A DNA stretch of 64,000 nt from Prorocentrum cordatum. Taxonomy: Eukaryota. The stretch is from the NCBI GenBank assembly GCA_963575745.1, contig CAUYUJ010000257.1, positions 1 through 64,000 on the forward strand. Reading direction: 5' to 3'. How positions within the stretch are numbered: the stretch's first letter is position 1; every line of letters starts with the position of its first letter. The position numbers were made by a program, and so were the translations under genes. This document shows, piece by piece, positions 16,459 through 29,323 of the stretch. A model generated the notes under the pieces. The model did no database searches. It worked only from the letters and a program-made list of their open reading frames with translations, and was not told where the DNA came from.

Positions 16459-17143
16459 CGACGAATTATTTGGGGGTTTCCTGAAAGTCTCTTGGAAGCT
16501 CCGGGGGATCGTGTCCCATCCTGGAAGGGGCGGGCTTCTGGCGGTCTGGCGGTCTGGCGCGCTTGTGGCCCTCCTTCTGTGGCCGTCACGCGGGCCCCTC
16601 CGCACCCCCTCTGGCGAGCGAGAACGGGAAGGTCGTGGGGCAGTTTTTTGGGCCTCTTTGGCCGTCGGAGATGCTCTTAAGGCTCGAGTAGGGGATCGAC
16701 TTCAGAGTTGACCCACCCCACACTAATTAATTTCCTCGTCGACTCTACAACTAAGTACGTATGATGTTCGTATAGGTACGAACGTTCTACGCATTTTCGT
16801 AGATCCGGGGGGAAAATCAAGTTCTGGTTAAATTAATGTATAGTCGATCCCCTACTCGGAAGACCCACAAGGCGAAACTGATTCCAATCATGCCCTACCC
16901 GCTATTCTCTGTCATTCTTGGGCCGACCCCTGGGGCCTCCAATATATCCAAGCGGCCCCTAGGATGGCTCCAGGACGTCCCCCCGCAGACCATCCGAAAA
17001 TCATCTTGCAAGTTGGGGTTCCCAATTACGCATCTGGGGACTCGGGCAAAGTTGCGCGATGAATTCTAACAGCTATCAGGGATCCCCGCAGTTGGAGGTC
17101 AGGGTCAGACAACGTGTGTGGGTATATATATACACATATATTC

Positions 17144-17174
<31 letters not shown>

Positions 17175-17601
17175 CAACATCTATCCATATATATATGGGA
17201 GATTCGAAGACTTTCCCTCAGGAACGTCGGCGGATTCTGATGGTCTGGCATTCGGTCCAGAGGCGTGTAAATACATGTTTATATGGTGGCCTTCGGTCCA
17301 ACCTACCACCGAGCCTGGGTTGTGGACCGCAGGCCTCTTAGATACATCTTGGTGTCTTTTCGCGGGCTTCTGGGAGTCCTCTCGCCTCACTTCCACCCGC
17401 CCTCCCGACACATCAGTAGCACCCGAGCCTCAGCATGTTCAGCGGTCATCTATGGATGGGTAGATACTGGAAACCAACACAGACCTCACGTGCGCGACGC
17501 TGGGGCGAGGTGCGCCACACGTGCCAGGAGGGCCACGCGCGCCAGGTGTTAGCGGGCGAAGAACGATCTGGCATAAACTTTTCCGTCGCCAGGGTCGTTG
17601 C

Positions 17602-17671
17602 CCCAGGGCGGCTGGAAAGTTTATACCTTGACGCGCCACCGTAATGGTATAAACTTTCCAGCCGCCCTGGG
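17602..17671. repeat. Perfect 26-bp inverted repeat with 18-nt spacer
   Basis: cccagggcggctggaaagtttatacc (17602-17627) / ggtataaactttccagccgccctggg (17646-17671). Confidence 0.9.
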
Positions 17672-19554
17672 ACAGGCGCCCCCGACAGCGAAAACGTTTC
17701 TTTCATGCCTCTCCTCGCCCGTTCAGGGTGCGCCAGGCACCCTTGTGACCCGAGCGTGCCAGGCACGCATGGCGCGCCAGATGTGCCACGTGCTCCACGT
17801 GCGCCATATGTGTGCCGCATGGTCCAGCCGCGCCAGGTGCGCCACGTTCGGGAAACGTGCAGAGTGTGCCAGGTGCGCCCGCGCACGTGACAGCACACAT
17901 CGGGAAGCATGTCGGTCCCCACCATCCGTGTCGGAAATCAATGCGCAATCACAGCGGGGAAGTCATCATGGTGTCTGGTGGGACTGCGCACAGCAGGCAA
18001 TATGCCAGCACCCCCGCCGTCCTTGTCAAACACAAAACGAAGTGCTCGCGGGGCCCTCGATCATGATCCAAGTTTGTGCTCCATAACGTGCTTTGTAATG
18101 GCTTTTGAGGGATGTGTGGGGGGGTGTTGTCATTGATCCTTGCTGTCTGCCGGTCGCACTGTTGATACATCGGGAAGAGTGACGAACACCTCTCCGAAGG
18201 GGAAGAAGGACGATGTAATGGGACATTCGCTAAACCACTCACGCCCTGACGGGCTGGTGGGATGATTTTCTTCTCTGGGGAAGGCATTTCGCGACAAGTG
18301 CGACACCGCCTCACGTAGCTGATCGTGCCGAGGGATGCTGCCAGCCATGCAGGCGGGTGCCTTCGCAATTTCAGCGCGCTTGCTCTCTGCCCGCAATGAT
18401 AAACTTGTGCAGTACAAATCGTTCTCGCGGGTTGTCGCGCAAGCGCAGTGATGTGGGAGGCGTGGCCTGGTGCCGCGCCCTCACACCGTGGCGGCCAAGC
18501 CATTCCCCTCCAGCGCAACTATCTCAGTTTTTGTTGGTGCTCGCCGTGTGCACCCCCTCCGTATGGACGGACCTCTTGCACGACCGCCGCATTGCTCTCC
18601 TGTCCGCGGCGCGACAGTGCCGCTTCTTGCCTTCCCAATGCGGTGGCAAGTGGCAATGATCGAGCAGATAAGGTCCGCTCTGCGGGCGTTAAAGGGCGGT
18701 TGAACGGTGCTCTGCCCTTCGGGGTTGCTGGCCTGTGTCCCGCGCGCGGGCGCAGCTGTCGCAGCGCGTGGCCGCACCCTCACCCCGCGGCGGCAGGACC
18801 TGTAGGCAATAGTGGCCGTCCTTGAGTCCATCACGCGCCGTCTTGGCGTTGTGGGCAATTCCCTGCGAGCTTTCATGGGGGCGAGAAGTGTAGGTGGGGT
18901 GAGGCGGGCGAGCGGCCAGGAAGGGGTAGGTGCCATGTACCCCCCTTCCCGAATCGGTATCTGTGATTGGGAAGCCAAGAATGCAGGGACGTTGCTCGAA
19001 CAACAATGAAAGCGCGCTGTACTGGATGCGTCTGGGGTTTTAATAGTTTCTGAACTGTTGCTTCACAAGAAGCGACTGTTACGGAAGAGGAAAGGACCCG
19101 ACGCACACCAACCGCCTCAAGCGCGACAGTGGATACATGCATATGCATATCGGCGCATATTATAAGTGTACGAGTGCAAATGCCAAGCAGTGATCATCCG
19201 TGGAGCCATACGTTCTGCACTTGCGATACTCGGACGTAATGTATGAAATGCACACTGAACCGTACACATTCGCTACCTCTGCATATGTGCGCAGCTTAAA
19301 GTCTTGTTGGGGGAGAGGGAGAGAGGCAGGGAGGGAGTGGGGAGGGAGGGCGGGAGAGCGGATGGAGGGAGGCAGGGAGGGATATACACATATATTTACA
19401 CATATATACATATATATATGTATAAATATATCCGTATGTGTGTGGCTACACATTTATTTAGTTATTTGTATCTGAGAGAAACACAACAGAGATAGAGAGA
19501 GAGAGAGACAGAACGGGAGAGAAGAACAATTTTGATTCAAGCCTCGTGCCGCAG

Positions 19555-20312
19555 GGCGCCGTCTGTTGGCCGCTCACCCGACGCCGCTGATGTCCGTGGC
19601 ACCGCAGCGCCGTGCGCTGGCGAATGCGTTGGCGGCCGCCCGCGGGGCGTGCCTGGCCACGCACGGGGTGGCAGGCCTGTCGCGCTCCATCTCCGCCGCC
19701 GCGTGCCGCCTGCTGCGGAGCGCGGAGGGCATGTGTCGCGACGTGGTCGCCGAGCTGCAGCCCCTCTCCGGAGGGGAGGGGCTGCCGCGGTGGCCGAAGA
19801 GCTCCCGGCCCAGGAGGAGACCCCCGCAGCGCGGGCTGCTGGTCCAGCCGCGGCGGTGCCGCCTGGAGGCGCCCCGCGCCGCCGCCGTCGCGCGCGGAGG
19901 GCCAGCGCTCGTGCTGGTGTTGATGGCGGCCCTGCCGTTGAGGGGCCTTCCGAGGGGGAGGAGGCCGCGGTGGTGGCCGAGGTGGCGGCGGAGCTGTCGG
20001 AGGCGGCCGCGGGCGCGGCGGCGGGAGTCGGCGGGGTTGCCGTGGAGGGCAGCGGCGGCGCTGGCGCCGGCCGATCGCCCAGGGGCCGCGTGCTCGTGCG
20101 CGTGCTGCAGACCGAGGCGCCGACCGAGGACGAGGACGAGAAGACGGACCTGCTGCCACCCGCGGGCCCTGCGCTAGCCCGCCGCGCGGCCCTCCTGGCG
20201 GTCTTGGCGGTTTCGCCCGTGGTCATCGTCGTGCCTGCGGAGATCTGGGCGGGCCGCGACACGGCCGAGCTCGAGAAGCTGGCCCCCTGGCTCCAGGACG
20301 AGTTCGCGGCTG
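19555..20312 (+). CDS. Long exon with a TIR-like alpha/beta domain; 1-nt frameshift near 19940
   Basis: gcag|G acceptor. High GC3 in the frame of ORF 19566 up to about 19940, then in the frame of ORF 19532 to about 20312 (G|gc donor). Peptide ...ALVLVLMAALP/EEAAVVAEVAAELSE...GRVLVRVLQ...AALLAVLAVSPVVIVVPAEIWAGRDTAELEKL. Confidence 0.6.
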
Positions 20313-20754
20313 GCGCAGGGTCGCAGTCCAGTCTCTGAGGCTGCACCCGGGGGTGTCGGCCTCAGGGTACGGCCCCAGCGCAGGTTCCGCGCCGAGGTGT
20401 GCGCCGTCCCCTGTGGGAGGAGCGCTTCCGTCGCAGGAGTGTCGGCCTCAGGGTGCGGCTCCATGTGGTGTCGGCCCCAGGGCACGGTCACTGGCCTTGT
20501 GCTCCGCGGGGGGAGGTACGGCAGAGGGGTGTCGGCCTCAGGGGGCGGCCCCGCAGGTGCTGCTGCGGCGTGGTGCTGAGGAGCAGCGCGGCGCGGGCGC
20601 GCGAGGCGCCCGCGGCCCCGCGGCGATGATTGGCGCGTCCCGAGGCCCTCGCGGCCTTGTGGCGCGTCAAGCGGTGCGCAGAGAGAGGAAGAAAGATAGA
20701 GTCACGACCCTTCTGTGGTAGCAGGGTAGTCACGGTGCGTATATTTACGCCGGC

Positions 20755-20885
20755 GGAGAGAGAGAGAGAGAGAGAGAGAGAAAGAAAGAAATAAAGAAAG
20801 AAAGAAAGAGAGATAGAGAGAGAAACAGAGGGAGAGAGCGAGAGAGAGATGCAGAGAGAGAGAGAGAGAAACAAAACCACATAGG

Positions 20886-20922
<37 letters not shown>

Positions 20923-21394
20923 CGAGAGGGAGAGGGAGAGAGAGAGGGAGAGAGAGAGCGAGAGAGAGAGAGAGAGAGAAAGAGAGAAAGAGAAAGAGAG
21001 AGAGAGAGAGGGAGAGAGAGCGACAGAGAGCGAACGAGAGAGAGAGAGAGAGAGAGAAACGTGCGGGGAGTCAGGGAGGGAGTTTTGGGTACACATCGCT
21101 ATATGTATATGTATATGGTACGCTTCACCCCGATGATTCAAACATTGTTGTTTATGTCATGTATGCATGTATGTATGCATGTATGTGTATATATATATAT
21201 ACGTTGGTCCCCCTCTCTCTCTCTTGCTTCGTGCATGCCCTTATGTTTGGCTGCTTCGCCACAGAAGGGATCCTATTGAAACCCGCCACGACAAGGACAA
21301 CAGTTGCATACATACGTACATGCATTCTTGTATGCCTGGATGTGGATGGGTGTTTGCTTTGATATAGAGAGGCAGGAACATGAAACACAGAAAT

Positions 21395-21425
<31 letters not shown>

Positions 21426-21550
21426 GAGAGCGAGAGAGAGCGAGAGAGAGCGAGAGAGAAAGAGAGAGGGAGAGCGATAGAGAGAGAGAGGGAACAGAGA
21501 GAGGGAGAAACGCAGAAAGAGAGAGGGAGAGAGAAAGAGAGAAAGAGATT
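20755..21550 (+). repeat. Two (GA)n microsatellites (20755-21058, 21394-21548)
   Basis: Direct inspection. Confidence 0.95.
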
Positions 21551-22456
21551 TCCGTTTCCTCGTCCAATTCGAAAACGTTCAGCCTCCCAGGGTGGCTTCT
21601 GCTACTGCTCCGACGACGGCGCAGTTTTGTCAGGCCCCCCTGACTGATGCTGTTGACATGATGAGCGGGGGCAGGAAGAGGAGGGGGGAAGAAGACCAAG
21701 GACGTGGAGGAGGGTGATTGCGCTTCCATATGAGGAGGAAGGGTAAGAGGATAAAAGGGCGATGAGGAAATTTGATAACCGGGCACATGGTGAGGATGGG
21801 GAATGCGGAGGATGATGACGAGAAAGAGGAGCAGGAGGAGGAGGGGAGGGGGAGGAGGACTGGGAGGAAAGCGTGTCTGTTGGTTGGCCAGCGCAGCTTC
21901 GTCACAGTAGGCTTGGGAAGCGCTTTGGACTCAATCACGAGGTGGTTCTCAACATTGCCCCGAAAAAGGAAGAGAACTTTGAGTCTGTACGCACCATGTC
22001 GCTAGCGAAGTTGTGAACCAGCCGAACCTGAAGCGCCGCCAGTTATGGCCCAACCGGCCCTCTCCTCTGTGCGGGCACGAGTGTTTTTGCGTGATGTGCA
22101 CGTGCGTTGGGACGTGTGCGCAAGCGCCTGCATAGGTTTGCACGCAGCCGTGTTATTCTGTCGGGGACGACACGTAATTTCAATCGCTTGTGAATGCGCT
22201 TGCGTTTCCGTAGTTTCGCCCGTCTGCAGTGGGTGTGTGTCGCTGCGCAAGCGCGCGGATGCCCCTACTCGACCCTGCGACTCGGTTTCTGTCTTCCTTT
22301 GTTCCTGGCCGCTGCTGCAAGATGTGCGCTGCACCATCGTGTCTGTCTGCGAGTATCTGGCTCCTGCTCTGGCTCGCATCTCCTCCTTCCGCCTCCTCTT
22401 CCTCCTCCTTCTCCCTGTCAGAATCCGCTCAACGCCGGTCCGTGGTCCCTTCCCAG

Positions 22457-22512
22457 GCGGCCACCTGGCCCATTTCCCCGTCGTCCCGTGGCGGCCACGG
22501 AGGTCACGGAAG
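22457..22512 (+). CDS. Candidate short exon (GHLAHFPVVPWRPRRSRK)
   Basis: cccttcccag|G acceptor, AAG|gt donor. Phase-1 start matches the phase-1 end of the 19555-20312 exon. Confidence 0.4.
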
Positions 22513-22546
22513 GTGCAGAACAGGATGACGAGCATGATGGTGTTGC

Positions 22547-22615
<69 letters not shown>

Positions 22616-22830
22616 CAGTGGTGGTGGCAATGCTGTTGCTGATGATGGCGATGATGCTGGTGGTGATGGTGGTGGTCGTGGTCATGTCGATGAATACTAT
22701 GATGGTGGTGGCGATGATGCTAATACTCATGATGACTATACTGCATGCTGGCGATGCTGATGATGATGCTGATGATGCTGATTCGGACGATGATGATGTT
22801 CATGGTGATGATGATGATGACGATGGTGAC

Positions 22831-22883
<53 letters not shown>

Positions 22884-23092
22884 CGCTGATGATGATGATG
22901 ATGCTGATGATGGTGATGATGATGATGATGATGGGGTTGCTGATGATGATGCTGCTGATGATGGAGGTGATGATGATGATTGGGTTGCTGATGGTGATGA
23001 TGACGATGATGATGATGATGCTGATGATGGTGATGATGATGCTCGTGGTGTGATGATGATGCTGATGATGGTGATGCTGATGATGACGATGC

Positions 23093-23128
<36 letters not shown>

Positions 23129-24551
23129 CGTAATTGTTGTAGTTCCACATCGGGCCTGTATCGAACAGCGCCGGGGGTCACCTAGGCTCCTAAAGAACAC
23201 CCCCTCCAGCAACAGCAACAGATGTTGGTCGTGGCTTGTTATAAGAAACTTCTGGAAGCTGGTCCAGGTTTCTTGAATAACTCTTTTATTGATCGTATTT
23301 TCGGCTGTAGTCGAGCTTCGATGTCTGTTCATGGGAGCCTTGGGCGACATCGAAATTAGCTTGTCTTGCATGTAGACCAAGTGTGGACCGCATCTGGCTC
23401 TTCCTTCTGCTCCTCCTCGCCATCCCTGTTCCTCCTCCCTCCTCGTTCCTCTCGTCTCCCTTGTGAAGGGGCGGCTCTTGTCCCAATCCGGTCCCAAACG
23501 TGTCCCAAATCCAGTTCAAACCAGGCCCATATCGGACAGCGCTTGGGGCAACGCAGGCTCCTGTGGAACACCCCCTCCAGCAACAGCAACAGATGTTGGT
23601 CCGGGTTGGTTTTGAGACACTTCCTGCAAGTTGGCCCAGGTCTCTTAAATGAGCATCGGCGCCGCATCGCCGATGCATCGGTGATGCGGTTCAATGCGGA
23701 GGCTGCTTTTTTTCACGCATGCTGTGTCGATGCATCGCCGACGTCGCCAATGCATTGCTTGTGCAGCGATGATGCATCGGCGATGCGGCGCGATCCTCCG
23801 ACCCCATCTACTCTGACCCCTTTAATGGCGTGGAAGAGTCTTTGCGCAGCAGGCCCAAATTGCAACGCAGCCCAAGACACTCCCCAGTCGAAGAGGGATG
23901 AGCTCCGGGCCAGGCGAGGAAAAGCTGCCAGAAGGCCGCGTGCCGTGCGCCGCAGCGCCATCTGCGCCGCGCGCCATCTGCGCCGCGCGCCGCGCCCGCC
24001 CTTGAGCTCCTCTCCTTTGCCGTGCGTCGCCTCTGTCGATCCGTGATCCACTCGACAGTCGAGCAGCGGCGCCGCATCGCCGATGTGCGTCGGCGCTGCC
24101 GCTCGATGCGGAGCCCGACTTCCTCCACGCAGGCTGCGCCGAAGCATCGCCGACGTCGCCGACGCGTCGCCGACGCATCGCCGCTGCATCGGCGATGCGT
24201 CGCGATCCTGTGACCGCATCTGCTCGGACCCCATCTGCTCAGAACCCCCGACGTCGTACTCTTCTCCCGGCGCCGACAGAGGTCTGGACCCCCTCACCGG
24301 AAGCGGCTTCTCGCCCCGAGCAGGCCCGGCGAGGGCCCCCAGAGGCCGAAAATGGTGAAAACCATCCGTCGTGATTGGGGGCCTTGCGGGCGCCTCTTGG
24401 AGGCCTCTTGGGGTTTCTTGGGGCGCTCGTTGGGCCCTCTTGGGGCTCTCTTGTGAGCCCTGGAGGCCCTCCTGGGGCCAGCTTGGAGGCTGTCGATCAA
24501 GAGAGGGGGTTCCTTTATCTCCGTGCAGCGCGACGGGGGTCTGGGCGGGAG

Positions 24552-24665
24552 GCCTCGGTGCGCGTGCTCGGCGTGCTCGGCGTCGCCCAGGGCCGCGCGG
24601 GCGCCACGGGCGCCTCCCGGCGGCCGCGCGTCGGCGTGCGCGGAGTCCCCGCGCGGCAGCGGGAG
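24552..24665 (+). CDS. Candidate exon (ASVRVLGVLGVAQGRAGATG...); 3' boundary uncertain
   Basis: ag|G acceptor, near-100% GC3, phase-0 start compatible with 22512. Confidence 0.45.
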
Positions 24666-25937
24666 GGGTCGCGTCCTCGCGTCCTTGGCGGGTATACGCA
24701 CGGCCCGCATGGGCAGCAACACCGATCTGGACTTGTAGATCATGTTTTCAGGTTGTACATTAGGGATAGACATCCGCACGTATATGTGCAGATGCAAATG
24801 TATGTTTGTAATATATATATATAAATGTGTCGTTATACTTATGTATACACATGTGTATCCAAACTTGAGTGCACGTATCCACATAGATATATGTATATAA
24901 GTGAATAGGTGGATATCTACACATGTATCGCTCAACACGCGCGCGTGACATAGCAGTGGCCTTTCGCTTACCCGCGAACGCCGCATAGCATGCTCCCGCA
25001 CGCTAGGATTTGAAAGAGATGTTGGAGAATGGAGTAAGGAAGTGGCGACGACAGTCGCGGAGCGTGAGAGATCGGCGGCACGAGATGCGAGGGCCGTCAC
25101 GAGGGAGCGATGTTTTTCGCGGCTCGCGGTTGGCGAGTCGCGATTCTTCCTCCTCATCCTCCTCGTCCTCCTCCATTCCCTCGGGGGGCGGCGCGAGAGC
25201 GCGACGTCATTCGCACTTGGCGCTTCGCGCTTGGAGCTTGGCGCTTCGCGCTTGGCGCTACGCGCTTGGCGCTACGCGCTTGGCGCTTCGCGCAGCGCGA
25301 AGCGCGAACACAGCCCCTCTTGGATATGGAGGGTGGGGGGAGGGAATATCGAGGCTCTCAGGTTTCAAGAGGATTGGCTTCGGGAGATATAGGTTTCAAG
25401 AGGAATATCAAGGCTCTCAGGTTTCAAGAGCACTGGCCCTGAGGTTTCAAGAGGAACATCGAGGCTCTCAGGTTTCTCGGCTTTGCCTTCCGCGGGGATA
25501 GCTTGCTGCACTCTGGGCTGGACTGGTCGCACCCGTGCGACGGCCGTCTTTCCTTTCTGCCGCCGGATGCGCAACCGACGGCGCAGCCAGCAGCAGGCCT
25601 AAAGCAGGGCTAGGATCGGGATAAGTCGCTCCAGAGCGTTCCGGAGCGCTCTCAGAGCGTTCCGGAACGCTCTGGAGCGGCCGCGGCGCCCAATACATCC
25701 TCCAAACCCGCCGATTCTCAGAGATTTCTAGTTATCCCGATCCGATTTTGTCCCGATCTTCGCGTCATTTTAAGGCCGGTTTCTGTGATCGGCCGCCGAG
25801 TGCGCCACCAATGGCGCTACCAGCAGCAGGCCGTTCTGCTCGATCGCAGGCCCCTGAGGCGGGCAGGCGCCGCCGCCCCACGTCTTGGTATAACGTGGGT
25901 TTTTTTCGGAGGGGGGAGGAGCGCAGCCTAACTAGGA

Positions 25938-26100
25938 TTGAGTCGGGCACGTCCCTCTACAGGAGGAATATCCCCAAATAGTCCAAAGATAATATGGGGA
26001 CTTGTTTTAACAAGTATTTTGGGATATCGTTTGAATACTTTTGGGGTATTTTAAGTTTTTTTGTACAAAATGCGCCTGTAGGAGGATATGCCCGACCTAA
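25938..26100. mobile_element. hAT-type MITE (163 bp)
   Basis: About 26-bp imperfect TIRs ttgagtcgggcacgtccctctacagg / cctgtaggaggatatgcccgacctaa; perfect 8-bp TSD aactagga (25930-25937, 26101-26108); AT-rich core. Confidence 0.85.
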
Positions 26101-26609
26101 AACTAGGACAGGGTCGGAGAGGTGCCCAAGGCGCGCCGAAAGTGCCCCAGCAGCTGCCAAAAACGGCCCAGAAGGGCCCCAAGAGGCTTTGCCAACATCC
26201 CCAACGAATTGCCAACTGGGTCGAAACCAGCTTGTGAGGCTAAGAAGACAAAGAAGAACCCGCGGAACGACAAAACAGATGGCGGTTCCAACACATTTCG
26301 GGCTCTCAGATGGCCCCGAGGGACCCTCTTGGAACATCCAAGACGGCTCAAGCGGGCACCAAGAGAGCGCCCAGAGGGTCAAGATGGCTCCAACAAGCCA
26401 TGGCCAATGCATAACGGAAACATGGGGAGGTGGGGGGAGGAGGAGGAGGAGGAGGAGGAGGAGGAGGAGGAGGAGGAGGAGGAGGAGGAGGAGGAGGAGG
26501 AGGAGGAGGAGCTGGATGAGGAGGTGGATGAGGAGGGAGGGAGGGAGGGAGGGAGGGAGGAGGAGTTTGAAGTGTTATGGCCCAGGGGCGCCTCCACCCC
26601 GTTGTTGAG

Positions 26610-26788
26610 GCCGGAGGCCTGGTGCACCATGATGGTGCGCCGCTCGAGGGAAGATCAACTGTGGAGCGAAACGCCGGAACTGCTGGATAGCTTACCAGAA
26701 CCCCCACTGGCTTTGTCCGAGCACGATGTCCTGCCTCGAGTGCGACGGTTCAGCTTGAACCTCGTGCCCGATGTGCCAGTGCAGCCAG
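26610..26788 (+). CDS. Candidate exon (PEAWCTMMVRRSREDQLWSETPELLDSLPEPPLALSEHDVLPRVRRFSLNLVPDVPVQP); boundaries approximate
   Basis: Complex, protein-like, GC3-biased stretch between a GGA tract and a dispersed repeat; ag|G acceptor. Confidence 0.5.
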
Positions 26789-27393
26789 GGAAAATACCGT
26801 CCGAAGAGCCCTGTGGGTTCAAGCCTGACCCTGGGAAAGGCCGAAGGGATGCCCCTCGGCTTTCCTGTCGCCACTGCAGCTGGGCCGCGGCCGGAGCCCA
26901 CTCCGATTTTCCAGTGGCCTGGGGGCGTGGTCAGATGCCCCTGCGATTCGCAGGGGGACGCGAATTCGGCTCGACCCTGGTCCCCCCTGCTCGGTGCGAT
27001 GAATCGTACAACGTGCGCTGAGGCGCCCACTGGTGCAGCGTTCACTTGCCTTTCCGCCTCGCGCACTGTGCGGATGGCCCCCCCCCCCGCGCCCTCCATG
27101 GCGCCCGCTTCGGTTCAGGGGCCGAATGCCCCCTTGCGAGACTCTCGTGGACCCTGAAAAGGCACTCCTGTAGTGGGAGCTGCTTCGCACACATGTCTTT
27201 CGTTAATGCTTCATTCGTCAGGATGTTTTTTCCCATCAATGGAAGTCGAAATCATCAAACGGGAGTCGACCCTGAGATCGCCCGCTTCACCCCATTCTAC
27301 ACTCTTATCCGCAGGGCGCAGGGCCACCAGCATCTGTGCCCCACGGCGCCCGCCCCAGGCCCCCCCCCCTCTCCCCCACCCCCACCCTCCCAG

Positions 27394-27474
27394 AGCGGCG
27401 CCGCGCAGTGGACGCGATCTCGCACAAGAGGGAGGACATGTTCCTGCAGTTCGACAGCCCGGAGACTCGCGAGG
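27394..27474 (+). CDS. Internal exon (RRRAVDAISHKREDMFLQFDSPETRE)
   Basis: C-rich tract + cccag acceptor, G|gt donor, 81 nt phase 1-1, high GC3. Confidence 0.7.
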
Positions 27475-28636
27475 GTTGCGGACCAGAGGGCGATGTAATG
27501 AGGAATCATACGAGGAGGAGGAGGAGGAGAGGAGGAGGAGGAGGAGCAGGAGGAGGAGCAGGATGAGAGGACGTATGGAGCGCAGGCAGGGAGGTATGGA
27601 AGGATGCGATGCCGAGGGGGGAGAAGGGAGCGAGGATGCGAAGCAGGGAAGATAGTCTCAAGAGTGGAGGAGGAATTGACAGAAGATGAGGAGGAGGATG
27701 AATGGGGGAGGACGAGGGAGAAAGAGGGAGGGAGGATATTGAGGAGGGCGGAGAGGGGAGCGAGCATCATGGAGGGTGGAGGAGGAGGAGGAGGAGGAGG
27801 AGGAGGAGGAGGACGAGGAGGAAGGAGGGGGGGATGAACGAGGCGGAGGAAACTGCGGGAGGAGGGGTGGAGGGCCTACGAGGACAGAGGAGAATGTTGG
27901 AGGGAGAGATTAGGCGGAGAATGTTGGAGGGAGAACGAGGAGTGAGGATGCAAGCATGAGGAGGGCGAGAGGGGGGGATGGGAGGAGAAAGAGGGGAAGG
28001 ACGGAATGAAGATAACTGGGTCGGGAGGAGGAGGAGAGGGAGGGAGGGAGGGAGGGAGGGAGGGAGGGAGGGTGGAAGAGGGAGAGGGAGAGGGAACGGG
28101 GAGAGAGGGAACGGGGAGAGAGGGGAAGGGAGATGGATGGATATGCAGAGAGATTGGGGGGGGGGACGTGGGGGAAAACATAACGGAGGTATGCATGGCA
28201 TGGTAGCGTGGTGGGAGATATGTAATGAGAGAGGTTGGAAGAGGGCGCACTGGCTGAATCATGATGTGACCAATGCGGGAGAAGGGGCATGGAGGGGGGG
28301 AAGGGAACACGGAGGAAGGGTGAGGGAGTGGGAAGGATTGAGAAGGAAGGAAGGATTGAGGAGGAATAGTGGGTACATTATGAGGGAGGGTGGGGGAAGA
28401 GGAGTAGGAACCTGAGAAGGAGAAGGAGGAGGAGGAGGAGGAGGCGGAGCATGGAGGACGGATTCAGGTGGGAGGCGGGCGTATTTTCATGACGGCGACG
28501 ACGATGATGAAACGATGGTGATGGCGGTGGTAGTGGGGGTGATGAGAATGGTGATGGTGACACTGACGACAACGACGACGACGACGAGGACGACAACGAC
28601 GACGATGACGACAACGATGCTGCTGCTGATGATGCT

Positions 28637-28667
<31 letters not shown>

Positions 28668-29229
28668 ATGATGATGGTGATGACCGGCTGATGGTGGTGT
28701 TGCTGCTGATGACGATGCTGATGATGAGTATGATGATGCTGGTCATGATGATGTTGATGATGATGGTGATGCGTATGATGAGGACGCGGCTGATGGTGAT
28801 GATGATGCCGATGGTGATGCTGATGCTGCTGCTGATGATGCTGCTGATGCTGATGCTGCTGCTGACGATGATGCTGCTGCTGCTGCTGCTGATGATGATG
28901 ATGATGGTGATGATGATGCAGATGCTGATACTGATGCTGATGCTGATGCTGATGCTGATGCTGATGCTGATGATGATGCGGCTGATATTAATGATGATGA
29001 TTCTGCTGATGCTGATGATGATGCTGATGATGCTGCTGCTGATGATGCTGCCGCTGATGATGCTGATGATGATGATGCAGATGAGGCTGCTGATGATGAT
29101 GCTGATGATTCTGAAACTGATGATGAAGATGCTGATGATGCTGATGATGATGATGATGATGCTGATGCTGATGATGGTGATGATGATGACGATGATGATG
29201 ATGATGCTGCTGCTGATGATGATGATGAT

Positions 29230-29290
<61 letters not shown>

Positions 29291-29292
29291 CT

Positions 29293-29323
<31 letters not shown>

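Noticed and set aside
20080..20300. Similarity to RHD3/Sey1 or SMG9 GTPases (LAVS...GRD)
   Set aside because: No P-loop upstream; the TIR-like pattern fits more positions.
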